From assembly GCF_009914755.1 (NCBI RefSeq), contig NC_060931.1: a stretch of DNA of 64,000 nucleotides. One strand, 5' to 3'. How positions within the stretch are numbered: the first letter of the stretch is position 1; each line of letters starts with the position of its first letter. Of this stretch, positions 1 to 16,315 are shown in pieces. Source of the DNA: the human T2T-CHM13v2.0 reference genome, Homo sapiens. The position numbers were made by a program, and so were the translations under genes. The notes beneath the pieces are model-generated. The model searched no databases, was not told where the DNA came from, and was given only the letters and a program-made list of their open reading frames with translations.

Positions 1-56
1 TCCAGCCTCCAGGAGCTTCCTCTTAGTGGGAAGCTTTATCAGGTATCTGGTTTTTA

Positions 57-479
<423 letters not shown>

Positions 480-1131
480 TTCATTCTGTTCTTGAATTGG
501 GCCCCCACATTTTCATTTTGGGACCCTAAGGCCTCACCATCATCCATCAGCTTCCCGGCCCGCAGGGGCCTGAAGCAGGGCAGGAAGAGGAGGGTCTGGC
601 CCCGATAGGAGCCCCTCCCTATCTTCTCACCCCAGGTGGACCCAGAACACCTGGGGGAAAGACACCCACTGCCCAGAGCTCTGGGTGGCTGGGATGGAGA
701 GAACTACAAATCTGCTCGGGGCTGATAACAAAGGCTTCTCTGCAAATGGAATTTTTCCCGACACTGCAAAATACTTTGGACGGTTGCCCGGGATTCTCTC
801 CCCTTTCCAAAACTCTTTCAATTCTTCTCATTACCCAGCCTCGATTAGGGGCTAACCTCTCTTTAACACTTGGTAGCGCTGATGCTTCCCCATTAAGGAG
901 GACCACTCATCTTTCGTTTCATCGGTTGGCAGCCTTAGCTGGCAAAGGCTGGGGGAGCCCTGGAAGAGAGGGGGCTGGCAGGGCACACCTGGAGGACTCT
1001 GAGCCACAGTCTCCCCTGCTGCCAGCTCTGTCGGGGCCAGGGGATGCTGCCACCCTCCCTCGGTGCTGAGACAGGCTTGAAGGTGGTGATCCTGCAAGCC
1101 CGCCTTCACCCTCCCTACTTCTCCCCATCCT

Positions 1132-1660
1132 GCCTTGCCCCTCCAATGTCGACCTGTTCCCCTGGCCTTGCCCTTCCAATGTCGGCCTCTCTCCCCACAG
1201 CCTTGCACCTCCAAGGTCGGCCTCTCTCCCTGGCCTTGCCCTTCCAATGTCGGCCTCTCTCCCCACAGCCTTGCACCTCCAATGTTGGCCTCTCCCTTCA
1301 GACTTGTACCTCCAAGGTCGGCCTCTCTTCCTGGCCTTGCCCTTCCAATGTTGGCCTCTCTCCCCACAGCCTTGTACCTCCAAGGTCGGCCTCTCTCCCT
1401 GGCCTTGCCCTTCCAATGTTGGCCTCTCCCCACAGCCTTGCACCTCCAATGTTGGCCTCTCCCCACAGTCTTGCACCTCCAATGTTGGCCTCTCCCCACA
1501 GCCTTGCACCTCCAATGTTGGCCTCTCCCCACAGCCTTGCACCTCCAATGTTGGCCTCTCCCCACAGTCTTGCACCTCCAATGTTGGCCTCTCCCCTCAG
1601 CCTTGCACCTCCAATTTCGGCCTCTCCCCCTGGCCTTGCCCCTCCAATGTCGGCCTCTCC
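1132..1660. repeat. Minisatellite/VNTR, 16 units of 33 bp (three of them 35 bp)
   Basis: Consensus GCCTTGCACCTCCAATGTTGGCCTCTCCCCACA; unit starts at about 1132, 1165, 1200, 1233, 1268, 1301, 1334, 1369, 1402, 1435, 1468, 1501, 1534, 1567, 1600, 1633. Confidence 0.97.
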
Positions 1661-2165
1661 ATCTGCATTCTGTATTCCTTTTGCAGAGGCTGGTTAACAG
1701 CTCAACACATGAATTTCGCATGAGAACTCCCTGCTCCCAGCCCACTCTCTGCCCTCCTGTTCTTTCCTGTCTCTGAGGCTCCTGTCTTTATCTATAAAAT
1801 GAGGGTAACAATAGCATTTCTGAGAGCGGCTGTTGAGATTAAACTGGATCAGGTATGCAGGTCGAGCCCCTCCATGGTGCCTGGCTAGAGTATGTGAGAG
1901 CTACGCTTTTTAAAAGCCCAGACCTAGCTCGCACCCTCTGCACAGCAGCCGGATGGGCCCCCATTACCTACAAGACAAAGAACAAGCTCACAGGGCATCT
2001 CTCAGCCATGGGCAAGCCCAATGGGGGACAGAGGCTTATCTTTTGTGTTCAAGAGCGACTCTGAGTCCATTCCACATAGTAGGTCTTAAGGACCTGTGAC
2101 CCTCCACCTGTGACCCTCTGTGACCCGTCCTACCCAGGACCCTCCCGGATCTGAGAGGCACGTAC

Positions 2166-2218
2166 CATCCAGATCTAAGGCGTCAAACCCGCCGCTGTCA
2201 TTGTCTTCTTCGACTGTG
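2166..2218 (-). CDS. CARD11: CARD11 exon 14 (aa 585-603)
   Basis: cttgcag|CACAGTC...GATG|GTACGT; 53 nt; (S)TVEEDNDSGGFDALDLD(D). Confidence 0.97.
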
Positions 2219-2792
2219 CTGCAAGACACAAGGGAGGGGGGGGAAAGCATGCATGTGAGTGTGTGTGTGTGTGCACACGCAGGCAAGGGAGAGAGAAGCT
2301 TCTGGAAGGTTCCAGGCTTCCGAGTGGCCTTGCTTCTGAGAGGGCAGTGTGGGTGGAGGAGGTTGGGACAAGGAAGGGTGGAGTAGGCAGGAGGCTCCCT
2401 GGAAGGGTGGGTGGCCTGGAGGTCTTGGAGATTGCCTCCTCCAGCAGGGGAGGAGGAAAGCCAGGGCAGGTGAACAGAGGCCCTGCCGGCCCCACCTGCT
2501 GTTCACGTCTCTCTCACTCTTCTCCGACATGGTACAGGACAGAGATCCATCTGCCCTGTGTGATGGGTTTGGGAGCTGAGCGCCCTTCAGCCAGAGTGGA
2601 CACAGCAAGCTTGCTGTGCTCTGGAGTTCTCAATTGTCTGCATGTGGTTTTTGCAATAGTGCTTCAAGGTGCAGGTGCTTTCATGCAGACGCCACATGTG
2701 GCTTCTGAAAGCTGCTTTCAACACCTGCCCCCGGCTGGCCAGAGGGTGCCCCCGCAACACAGCTGCTGGTGGAGGGGCTGGTGTGGGTCTGA

Positions 2793-3129
<337 letters not shown>

Positions 3130-3365
3130 TGATCTCTGGAGCCAGCCAGGGAAGGCCATGCTAAGAGGCCCAAACCCAGGCCCCAGTGGGACCGGGGGTG
3201 TGGATCCAGCCTCCAAGGCCACTGCTTGCTCTCTGCCCTTCTGGAAACCGCCCAACAACCTCTGACTTTGTAGGTGACGTGCCAAACCCTGGCAGGCTGG
3301 AAACACCCGTTGCCCAGGCATACTTCTACTGTGGTTCTCTTTGTGAGGACACTAATGGTTTTTAG

Positions 3366-3713
<348 letters not shown>

Positions 3714-4024
3714 GTGAGTTTCTTATTCTTTGGCAGAAAAAGCCAAGCCCTGGGGCTGTGGGGCCCGGGAACCTGATTTCTGGGCAGCATGGAGCCACGG
3801 GTCATAGGTTTTGTCCTTGGACAGGCAGCTGGGTGAACCCAGGGAGGCCGCTTCCCTCCTCTGAGCCTCAGCCTCCTCATCTGTACAATGAGCAGTACCC
3901 TGCCTTTCAGGGTTGCTTCGAGGACAGCTGGGTCAGCAAGCGTGGACTGGCCCAGAGACGGGGTAAGGAGGCTTGGCATGGTGGCACAGGGCAAAAGCCC
4001 AGTCCTCCCTCACCTGCCACCCAC

Positions 4025-4125
4025 CTGCGATGGGGCGCGTCCTCCTTGTAGCGTCTGACGATGGAGTCGTTTCCCGGGGGCTCGGCGGTGATTGACATGA
4101 TGCTGCTGCGGCTCCGGGGGGGCTG
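4025..4125 (-). CDS. CARD11: CARD11 exon 13 (aa 552-585, contains the PKC-site motif RSRSS)
   Basis: tctgaag|CAGCCC...CGCAG|GTGGGT; 101 nt; [33 protein letters not shown](S). Confidence 0.97.
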
Positions 4126-5142
4126 CTTCAGACACAGACACACACACGTTACGAGTGCATAAATATTACACACGCAGGGACTCAATTCAATGCAAAATCG
4201 TGCCCGCCTCCTACTCAGGCGGCATGGAGGCAGCGAGCCGGCTATCAGCGGCGACCTTGGCTGGAGGAGGCTTGTGCTCAGCCCGGAGCGGCCGCAGCCG
4301 CCGAGCTTGAAGCACATCTGCTCGCACATCTGCTCACAGGGAGGACGCAGGCGGGAGCCGGCCGGCTGGGGGACTGGGGCGCTGCCTCGCCATGGTGCAC
4401 AGGCTGAGCTCAAGGCCCCCGGGCTGCACCTGCTGTGGGCACCTGCTCTAAACATGGTGAACAGTGTGGGCCTGGGGCGTGGGGAGGGCAGTGGTGCCCC
4501 GGACGGCACAGCTGCTGGAGGGCAACCTTTGAAACCAGGCCTGCTGGCTCCTGGCCAGAGCCGCTCTTAATAAGAGCCTGGGATTCTGCCACCCAGGGCA
4601 GCCATCAGACAGGAATCATTCATTATCAAATATCTGCCTCCCCCAGGGCCTGATTTTGGAAGCTGAGCTGACAAGCTTCCCAGGGCTTCCCCTTGGGGTT
4701 AGAATCTCTAATCTTGGGCCTTCTGCTGCCTGTCAGGGGGTGGGCAGTGCTGGATGCAGTGGCTGGGACCCTGCCCGGCTCTGCCCGGGTAGGGGTTCTG
4801 GGCTGGGGATGGGGCCCCAAGCCTCAGCTCTGTGGCGGCTCCAGCTGCTCACAGCTCCCTGCCCTGCCTGCCGCCCGCTCCCCAGGCTGCGGGAGTTGCC
4901 AGGGGCTGAGAAGTTGCGGCAGAATTTTCACGGCCTGTGCCATGCGCGACAGCCCCTGGGAGGCCCAGCTCCTCCTCCCACCAAGTGTTAAATTGGGAAA
5001 GGAGGCGGCAAGAAGGTGTAAATACATTGCGAGGCTGTGGAAACCTCTCTAAATAAACATAAGGGAGGCTGGGGCTGCAGCCCAGAGCAGGCAGCAGCGC
5101 TGCTCAGAGGCTGGGTCTTGGGGAGGAAGGCGAGGTGGGTCA

Positions 5143-5670
<528 letters not shown>

Positions 5671-5769
5671 CTAACGAGGTGGGTCTGGGGCCTCTTCTCT
5701 CCCTTGAGGGCTCACTCCACTCTCTGTGGCATCTGCTGGAGAAAGAGCCCTCAAAAACCTCCTCTTGCT

Positions 5770-5893
5770 TTTTATTAAATTTTTTATAGAGATGGTGTCT
5801 TGCTATGCTGCCCAGGCTGGTCTTGAACTCCCGGCCTCAAGCAATTCTCCTGCCTTGGCCTCCCAAAGCGCTGGTATCACAGGCATAAAACCA
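5770..5893 (-). mobile_element. Alu monomer (FLAM-like)
   Basis: Left-arm-only reverse Alu. Confidence 0.8.
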
Positions 5894-6979
5894 TCTCTTC
5901 TTTTCCTGTCTCCCCCCACCACAGTAGGCTCCTGGCGGGGAGGGGGTGGTGGGTCTCATTTGCCAACATATCGCAGCTCCCAGCGAGGGTCACCCCCTGG
6001 GCAGCCTGGGTCAAAGCTGGACAACGCCATGTGTCTCTGAGGACTGGTGTGGGGTCCCCGGCTGGCATTTTCTGTGAACAATGGACAACCGGGGCATGAG
6101 TCTTCCTGTCCAATTCTCTGCCATCAACATGGACTCTGCCTCTCCCCGACAAGCAGGGCTGGCTGATGGGGATGAGGACAAACTGGGGGCCAAGTCCGTC
6201 ACCTCCTCAGTGAAGCCTCCCTTGATGTCCCTGCCCCAACCCCTGGCTCTGTGGTGGGTTGCCTGGGGACCATGTGCACATCCTCTCAGCCCTCCTAAGA
6301 CGGCTTTGCTCTCTGTGTCCCCTCCTTGCTCCCACCCTTGCTGTGTGTGCCCGTGTTGTGTGCACAGAGAGATATACGTACATGCACCCCCATCAGTGGA
6401 TGCCTTGTGGGGAGGAACCATATGCTGTCCTTCCCTGGGCCCCCAGCACCTGGCACTGGGCAGCCTATTAAGGTCTGATGAGGAGCCCCATGGCCACTGC
6501 ATCCTGTCCCTTCCCTGTGATGCAACCCCCTTCTCTGCTTCCTGCAGGCCCCAGGCCCTTTGCACCTCCCTTCTGATACAGAAGGCCACTGAGACACCGG
6601 ATGTGGCCGTGAGGGAGCTGGACGGGGCCCCCCGCCCTGGCCTCCCTCTGCTGCCCTCCGTGTCCAGAGAGAACGGCCTTAAGCACAGGTCTGCACTCTT
6701 CACTCTCCTGCCCACCCCAAAGCCACCTGGGGGAGGCTTCATCCTTGCCATGCAGGATGAAGTCCATATCTTCAGTGAGGCGCCCACAGTCTCAGCCCAG
6801 TGCTCTCCTGCTTTACGCTCTGGGGTGGCAGGGCGGCTTCTGCCCTGTGCACCTCCTGGTCTCCACACCTCTGTTTATGGGCCCCTCTCTGAGCTGAGGA
6901 GTACTTCTGGACACTGTGTCCCTCCACCAAAAGGCTCCCTTTTCCAGCCCCAGTTTAAATGTCCACCCCGCCCCCACAT

Positions 6980-7314
6980 TTTTCTTTCTTTCTTTTTTTT
7001 GAGACAGCGTCTCACTGTGTCACCCAGGCTGGAGTGCAGTGGTGCCATCTTGGCTCACTGCAACCTCTGCCTCCTGGGCTCAAGTGATTCTCCTGCCTCA
7101 GCCTCCCGGGCTCAAGTGATTCTCCTGCCTCAGCCTCCCAAGTAGCTGGGATTACAGGCATCTGCCACCACGCCCGGCTAATTTTTGTATTTTTAGTAGA
7201 GACAGGGTTTCACCATGTTGACCAGGCTGGTCTCAAACTCCTGACCTCAGGTGATCTGCCCGCCTTGGCCTCCCAGAGTGCTGGGATTATAGGTGTGAGC
7301 CACCCCACCCGGCC
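6980..7314 (-). mobile_element. Alu with an internal 32-bp tandem duplication
   Basis: GGGCTCAAGTGATTCTCCTGCCTCAGCCTCCC at 7076 and 7108. Confidence 0.95.
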
Positions 7315-7963
7315 AAATGTGCCCTTCTTGATGGATCCTTCTCTGACCTTTGTCCAGCCACTCTCAGGACCCATGCACTTTCCACCTCCTGGCTGTGGCC
7401 CTGCCTGAGTGTGTGGGGTCTATGGACATCTACTTGGGCCTTCCAGCACCTGGCACATAGTAGGTGCTTGATTTGCTTAGGCAAACCCTTCTAGCCGATC
7501 TGTCACTCCCAGAGACATGGTGAGGACAAAAGAGAAGATTCTGAAGGCAGTGTGTCTCGGAGAACCAGGGACTGACGAATGAACCAGCCTCCTGTGAAGT
7601 CCTGTGGGGGAACACCCGGCCAAAAGTCTTGGAAGAGGGTCAAAGAGTCCTTTCGCTGAGAAGCCACGGGCAAAACGCACAGTTCAGCTAACGCACCAGG
7701 GATTCCGGACAGACCCACCGGGAGAGGCGGGGAAGCGTGGAGGGAACCACAGAGGGGACCTTTCAGCAGTTGGGGCTCCTGCCTGCTTTGAATGACGATG
7801 AACATTAATTGCTATTTGGATGGACCCCCACCACTCCGAGACCCCCGAGAACCCGCCACGTTTACCACGCAGGATTGTTCGTTACAGTGGGAGAAACAGA
7901 TGGACCGAGAGAGACAGAGTGACAGATGAGACAGGCCAAGAGAGATTTGGGCGTCTCACTAAC

Positions 7964-8015
7964 CTTGAAAATCTGATGTTCGCTTCAGGCTGATGGGGGA
8001 TTTGGCTCTCTGCAG
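7964..8015 (-). CDS. CARD11: CARD11 exon 11 (aa 507-524)
   Basis: ccttttag|CTGCAG...TTTCAAG|GTTAGT; 52 nt; LQRAKSPISLKRTSDFQ(A). Confidence 0.96.
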
Positions 8016-8734
8016 CTAAAAGGGAGGGGAGGGGAAGAAACAAGACACAAGACACAAATCAAACAGGGACCTAGACACATGTCACTGGGGCTTAGAAAAA
8101 AATAGAGAGAGGCCAGCCATCGTGTCCCTCGTCATACGGCCACCAGGTTCAGCCCGGAACGCACACGGACCGATGCTCATCTCCCGCGGCCGGGACGACA
8201 AGACACAGCGGCTCCCCTGGGCTTGAATCAGGCAGCTGCTGGTATAGACAAGCTCTCCTCCCAGGGCGGCCGTGTAATATGGCTCATGGCAGAAGACAGG
8301 ACAGGAGCCAAGAGCGGCAGAGGGGACCAAGTGATGTGCGGGGAGTGTGAAGCTGAGCAGAGCTGGGTACATGACACAGAGCAGGTTTCAGAAGAGGGTG
8401 AGGCTGCCAGGCAGGTGCCCTGGCCACCCCCGGCCCGGAGTGCTAATGGGGTCTCAGTCAGCTCAGATGTGCTGCCTCAGGCCTTCTGGCTTGGCGTGTG
8501 GAAGGCTGGGAGAGGCAGAGGCATTGTCAGGCCCTGCTGTGGCATCTCATTCATTCACTCATTCCCTCCCCATCGAGAGCCAGCCGTGGGCTTCGGGTTG
8601 CCCGAGATTCTGAACACAGTGACAGGATTACTGCTAACTCCAGCTCCTGGGATGGTGCCTGACATGTGACGGGCATGTGATTGGCACTCAGTACATATAC
8701 TCAATACATATGTGATGAATAAACAAATGAATTG

Positions 8735-9745
<1,011 letters not shown>

Positions 9746-9831
9746 TGAGTCACAGTCTGGGCACCCAAGACCCACCCAGAAGCAGGCGTGGCTGTGCTGC
9801 CCCATCGCCGCCTGCAGGGGCCCCCGGCTCA

Positions 9832-10080
<249 letters not shown>

Positions 10081-11259
10081 TTAGTGGTGGGGCTTGGCGA
10101 TGCGCCACCAGTGGGCAAGATGGCTGGGCTGATGGCATCATCATTCCCTCGGCCACCCGAACATGAAGCTCACTTTGGCCATTCTTCTTTCCTGACCCCA
10201 ACCGTAACCCCAGACACTGAGCCCCCATCAGTCCAGCCTAATGATGCATCCTCCTCCCAGGCTTCTGGTCCAGTCTCCCAAACAAGCCCCGGTCTTCTTG
10301 TACAATGGTAAAGGCATTGCCTCCTAACTGGCCTCAGCCCCTTCCATCTCATCTGCCACCATGAAATTTCCAATTTCTAGCCCTGTGCCTGAGCTAAAAA
10401 TATAAAAAATATTCAGAATGACTGAATGATGTTAAAAAAAAAACACACACACAGTCCTAGGTACTGTCTTGTCTGGAGCGCTTCATAGCTGTCACCTCAT
10501 TGAATCCTTCCTGACAAGTAGAGGTTGTTGTTGATAATTGCTTTTTACAAAATAGGAAGCGGAGTGCTGTAGCATGAAGGAACTACGTGGCCCACAAAGC
10601 CACATGGCACCCGCATGCTGCGCTGCCTCCAGACTCAAAGCGTCTTGTTCCACTCCCTGTGCAAAATCTTCCAGGGGCTCAAAACAGCAGTAGAGCTCCT
10701 GGGTGTGCACAGCCCACCTTGGCGTGCCCCGTTAACCCCCTGCTGCTCCTTGACTCCCACTCTGCAGACGGATGGAAGCGCCGGTCATGCCCTGCTGACA
10801 GCACAGTGGGCTAATGCCAGGCCTGTGTTCACGCTGTAACTGCAGCCGGGAGCACGGGTCCTCCCAAAGTGCTGGGATTACAGGCCTGAGCCACCGCGCC
10901 TGGTCAGGGTCCCTTCCTTTGTAAATGAGGACACTGAGCATGCTTTCCATGCAGGACAGTTCCGTGGGGTAAATGAGGTAATGCACAGAGGGCACATTGC
11001 GTGGCACCTGCACGTGACAGCACTCGGTAAACCCAGAGCTATAATAGTGGTAACATTTACCCTGGAGGAGGCATTCCTTCATTTCTCAGTGCCTGGAGCC
11101 CTGCTGGGAAATGCACTCTGCAATTCACATAGTCCATAAATGAGGGTTTACTCACAGGCACTAGGAACCGTAACGACCACAGGGTGTCTTAAACCCAGTG
11201 ACGGTTCAGGTGTGCGGGGGAACCCCAGTGGGAGGCCAGCAGCTGGCTGTGGTCACTGA

Positions 11260-11775
<516 letters not shown>

Positions 11776-11904
11776 CCTACCCTGCATCTTCTAACTTCAA
11801 AATGAGTGGCTTCCACTCATCACTAAACAGACACAAACACAACAGTAAAAGATGTGGATTATGCTGGGCGTGGGAGGGAACTTCCGGCTTCAAATATATG
11901 AAGA

Positions 11905-12210
<306 letters not shown>

Positions 12211-12242
12211 AGGACAAGGAGCCATTCATTGCACAGGGAAGC

Positions 12243-12806
<564 letters not shown>

Positions 12807-13175
12807 TCACTACCTTCTTCATTAACGCGATCACAGAGCCGATGGTCCGACCCTTGCTAGTGGCAGGCTCTGTGTTGAGAGCTTTGATGCAGTGTCCCTG
12901 GAAGGCCACAGCCTGTCCCTATGAGGCGGTGCTACCGTAATTATCCCCATTTTACAGATGAGGGCACTGAGGTCAGGGGTGGCAGCTTGCCTATGGGCAT
13001 ACACCTTATGAATGACAGGGCTGGATCTGAACCCATCCTCTCACCCGAGAGAACACACAACATTTAAGAACCATGCTTGGTCGTGGGAGCTGCTGGAGCC
13101 CAGCTCGGATCCCCCTGCTACCCAAACGCCTGTGACTTCCAAAAAAGCCTTTTGGAATTCATCTTTTAGAATTCA

Positions 13176-13505
<330 letters not shown>

Positions 13506-13763
13506 TCAGGACTGAAAGCTGTTCTCTGCTCGTGCCTTCCCGCCAGCTGGCTGGAGCTGGCCTGTCCCTCCCTAAGCTGGCATGGTCAGGACATGGCCTG
13601 CCCTTCTGGGAACCGACTATCTGACTGTTGGGGCTCAAGGTAGGAGACCAATCAACCCAGCATTGTTGTGAACCCACTACAGACCAGGTAACATAGGGGA
13701 GGACAATGTGATCTCAGTCAGGAGGGGGACACAGGTGCTAAGCTGGTGCAATAGCTTGTACAT

Positions 13764-13938
13764 GCCCAAGGGTGGCCGGCACATCTGGGATCCTGCAATC
13801 CGCAAGGTGTGGGTGAGGCTCTGAGACTCACACCTTGGCAGGTATGTGGGTTCCCCCAATCCCAAGCCCTCACCCTCCCCTCTGCCCACATTGCTCCCAC
13901 CCCCAGGCCCTCATCTGGTTGATAAACTGCAGCTTCTG
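13764..13938 (-). pseudogene. Degenerate duplicate of the exon 6 3' end plus intron 6 5' flank (pseudo-exon fragment)
   Basis: Aligns to 15029-15197; the donor GT is replaced by AT at 13914. Confidence 0.85.
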
Positions 13939-14016
13939 CCAGGGGCTGAATACTGGGAGGTACAGGGGATTTATGCCAGGGGTCTGATCTAGTCCCTGGA
14001 AAGGAGTGTGGGGTCA

Positions 14017-14277
<261 letters not shown>

Positions 14278-14729
14278 TCAGAGGGTCAGGGTCGGGGTGG
14301 GGAGCCAGGTGGTCCTGGAGGGCAGGGGACAGAAGAACCAGCAACAGATACGGACAGAGCAGAAGGTTTTGTGCCTGGAAGGTAGAGGCAAGAAGAGATG
14401 TATGTCCCCTGGGGTCTCTAAGAAGCTTAGCATTTAAGAAGTTTATTGCCTGGAAAGAAGCAGAAAACTGGCTTTTGCTTGGGCGTATCCTGGGCCTTTT
14501 GTTCTCCCTGGCGCTTATCGGAGCGCAGAGAAGCAGTTGCTGCACCCGAAACACTTTTTAGATGCTGCCCCTGAAATATCAAGGAATCTGTTCTGGAGAA
14601 GCTGGGTTCATCCTCGGCTCTGAAACAGAGCCTCATATACCAGGCAGCCACTCCTGGGGGGACTGTTCTGGAGGGAGCAGGAGGATGCATGTTTTTTTTC
14701 TTGCCCTGTAGATATGTTTTGGGATGTCA

Positions 14730-15560
<831 letters not shown>

Positions 15561-15892
15561 CTATTTAGAATAGCTCCAAAGGGGCTACAGGCCTCAGAGA
15601 AAATTCCCTCAACCTTTGTCAGGTGGGACAGGTTATGGATTTTGGGATAAAAGAGATCCAAGTTGGTGTTTCCCACTTCAACGCCCTTCTCTGATGGGTT
15701 TCAAATTCCGATCCTCGGAACTCAAGGATTCCCCTGAGGAATCCAGGGGTTACCCAGGGGGAAGGAGGAGATGGTTGACAAGTTGGGGTTCTGGGCATCC
15801 ACACTGACTTCACATCCCAGAACAGCTCTGCTTGTGTGGTTTGTTCTTCTGGGTTTCACACAAGATTTTATTTGGATAAATAGCACTGTTGC

Positions 15893-16315
15893 TAAAAAGG
15901 AAGAGGAAGAGGAGGAGGAAGAGGAAAAAGAAGAAAAAACAGGAGAAGGAGGAGAAGAAGAAAAGTAGAGGAAGAAGAAGAGGAAGGGGAAGAAGAGAAA
16001 AGAGAAGAAGAGGAAGAGAAAGAAGAAGAGGAAGAGGAGGAATGAGAAGGAGAAGGAGAGGAGGAGGAAGAAGAGGAAAAAGAGGAAGAAGAGGAGGGGG
16101 AGAAGAAGGAAGAGGAGGAGGAGAGGAGGAGGAGGAAGGAGGAGAGGAAGAGGAAGAGAAAGGGGAAGAAGGAGAAGGAGAAGAAGAAAGAAGAAGAAGG
16201 AAGAGGAGGAGGAGAAGAAAGAAGAATAATAGGAAGAAGGAGGAGAAGAAGGAGGAGGAGGAGAGGAAGAGGAGGAGGAGGAGAAGGAGAAGGAAAAGGA
16301 GAAGGAGAAGAAGAC
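15893..16315. repeat. ~420-bp nearly pure purine (GAA/GAG)n low-complexity tract
   Basis: Almost only A and G on the plus strand. Confidence 0.97.

Noticed and set aside
919-1776. Other repetitive ORFs over the VNTR, and a possible CRISPR-like array
   Set aside because: The units are contiguous with no unique spacers and there are no cas genes in this human locus; the ORFs reflect a stop-poor 33-bp unit.
7076-7139. 32-bp duplication inside an Alu
   Set aside because: Real, but an ordinary slippage event with no evident function.
7955-8017. Exon 11 alternative donor (GTTA|GTGAGA, +4 nt) and alternative acceptor (CAG 6 nt in)
   Set aside because: The alternative donor has a poor exonic context and the main acceptor has a strong tract; nothing in the sequence supports real use.
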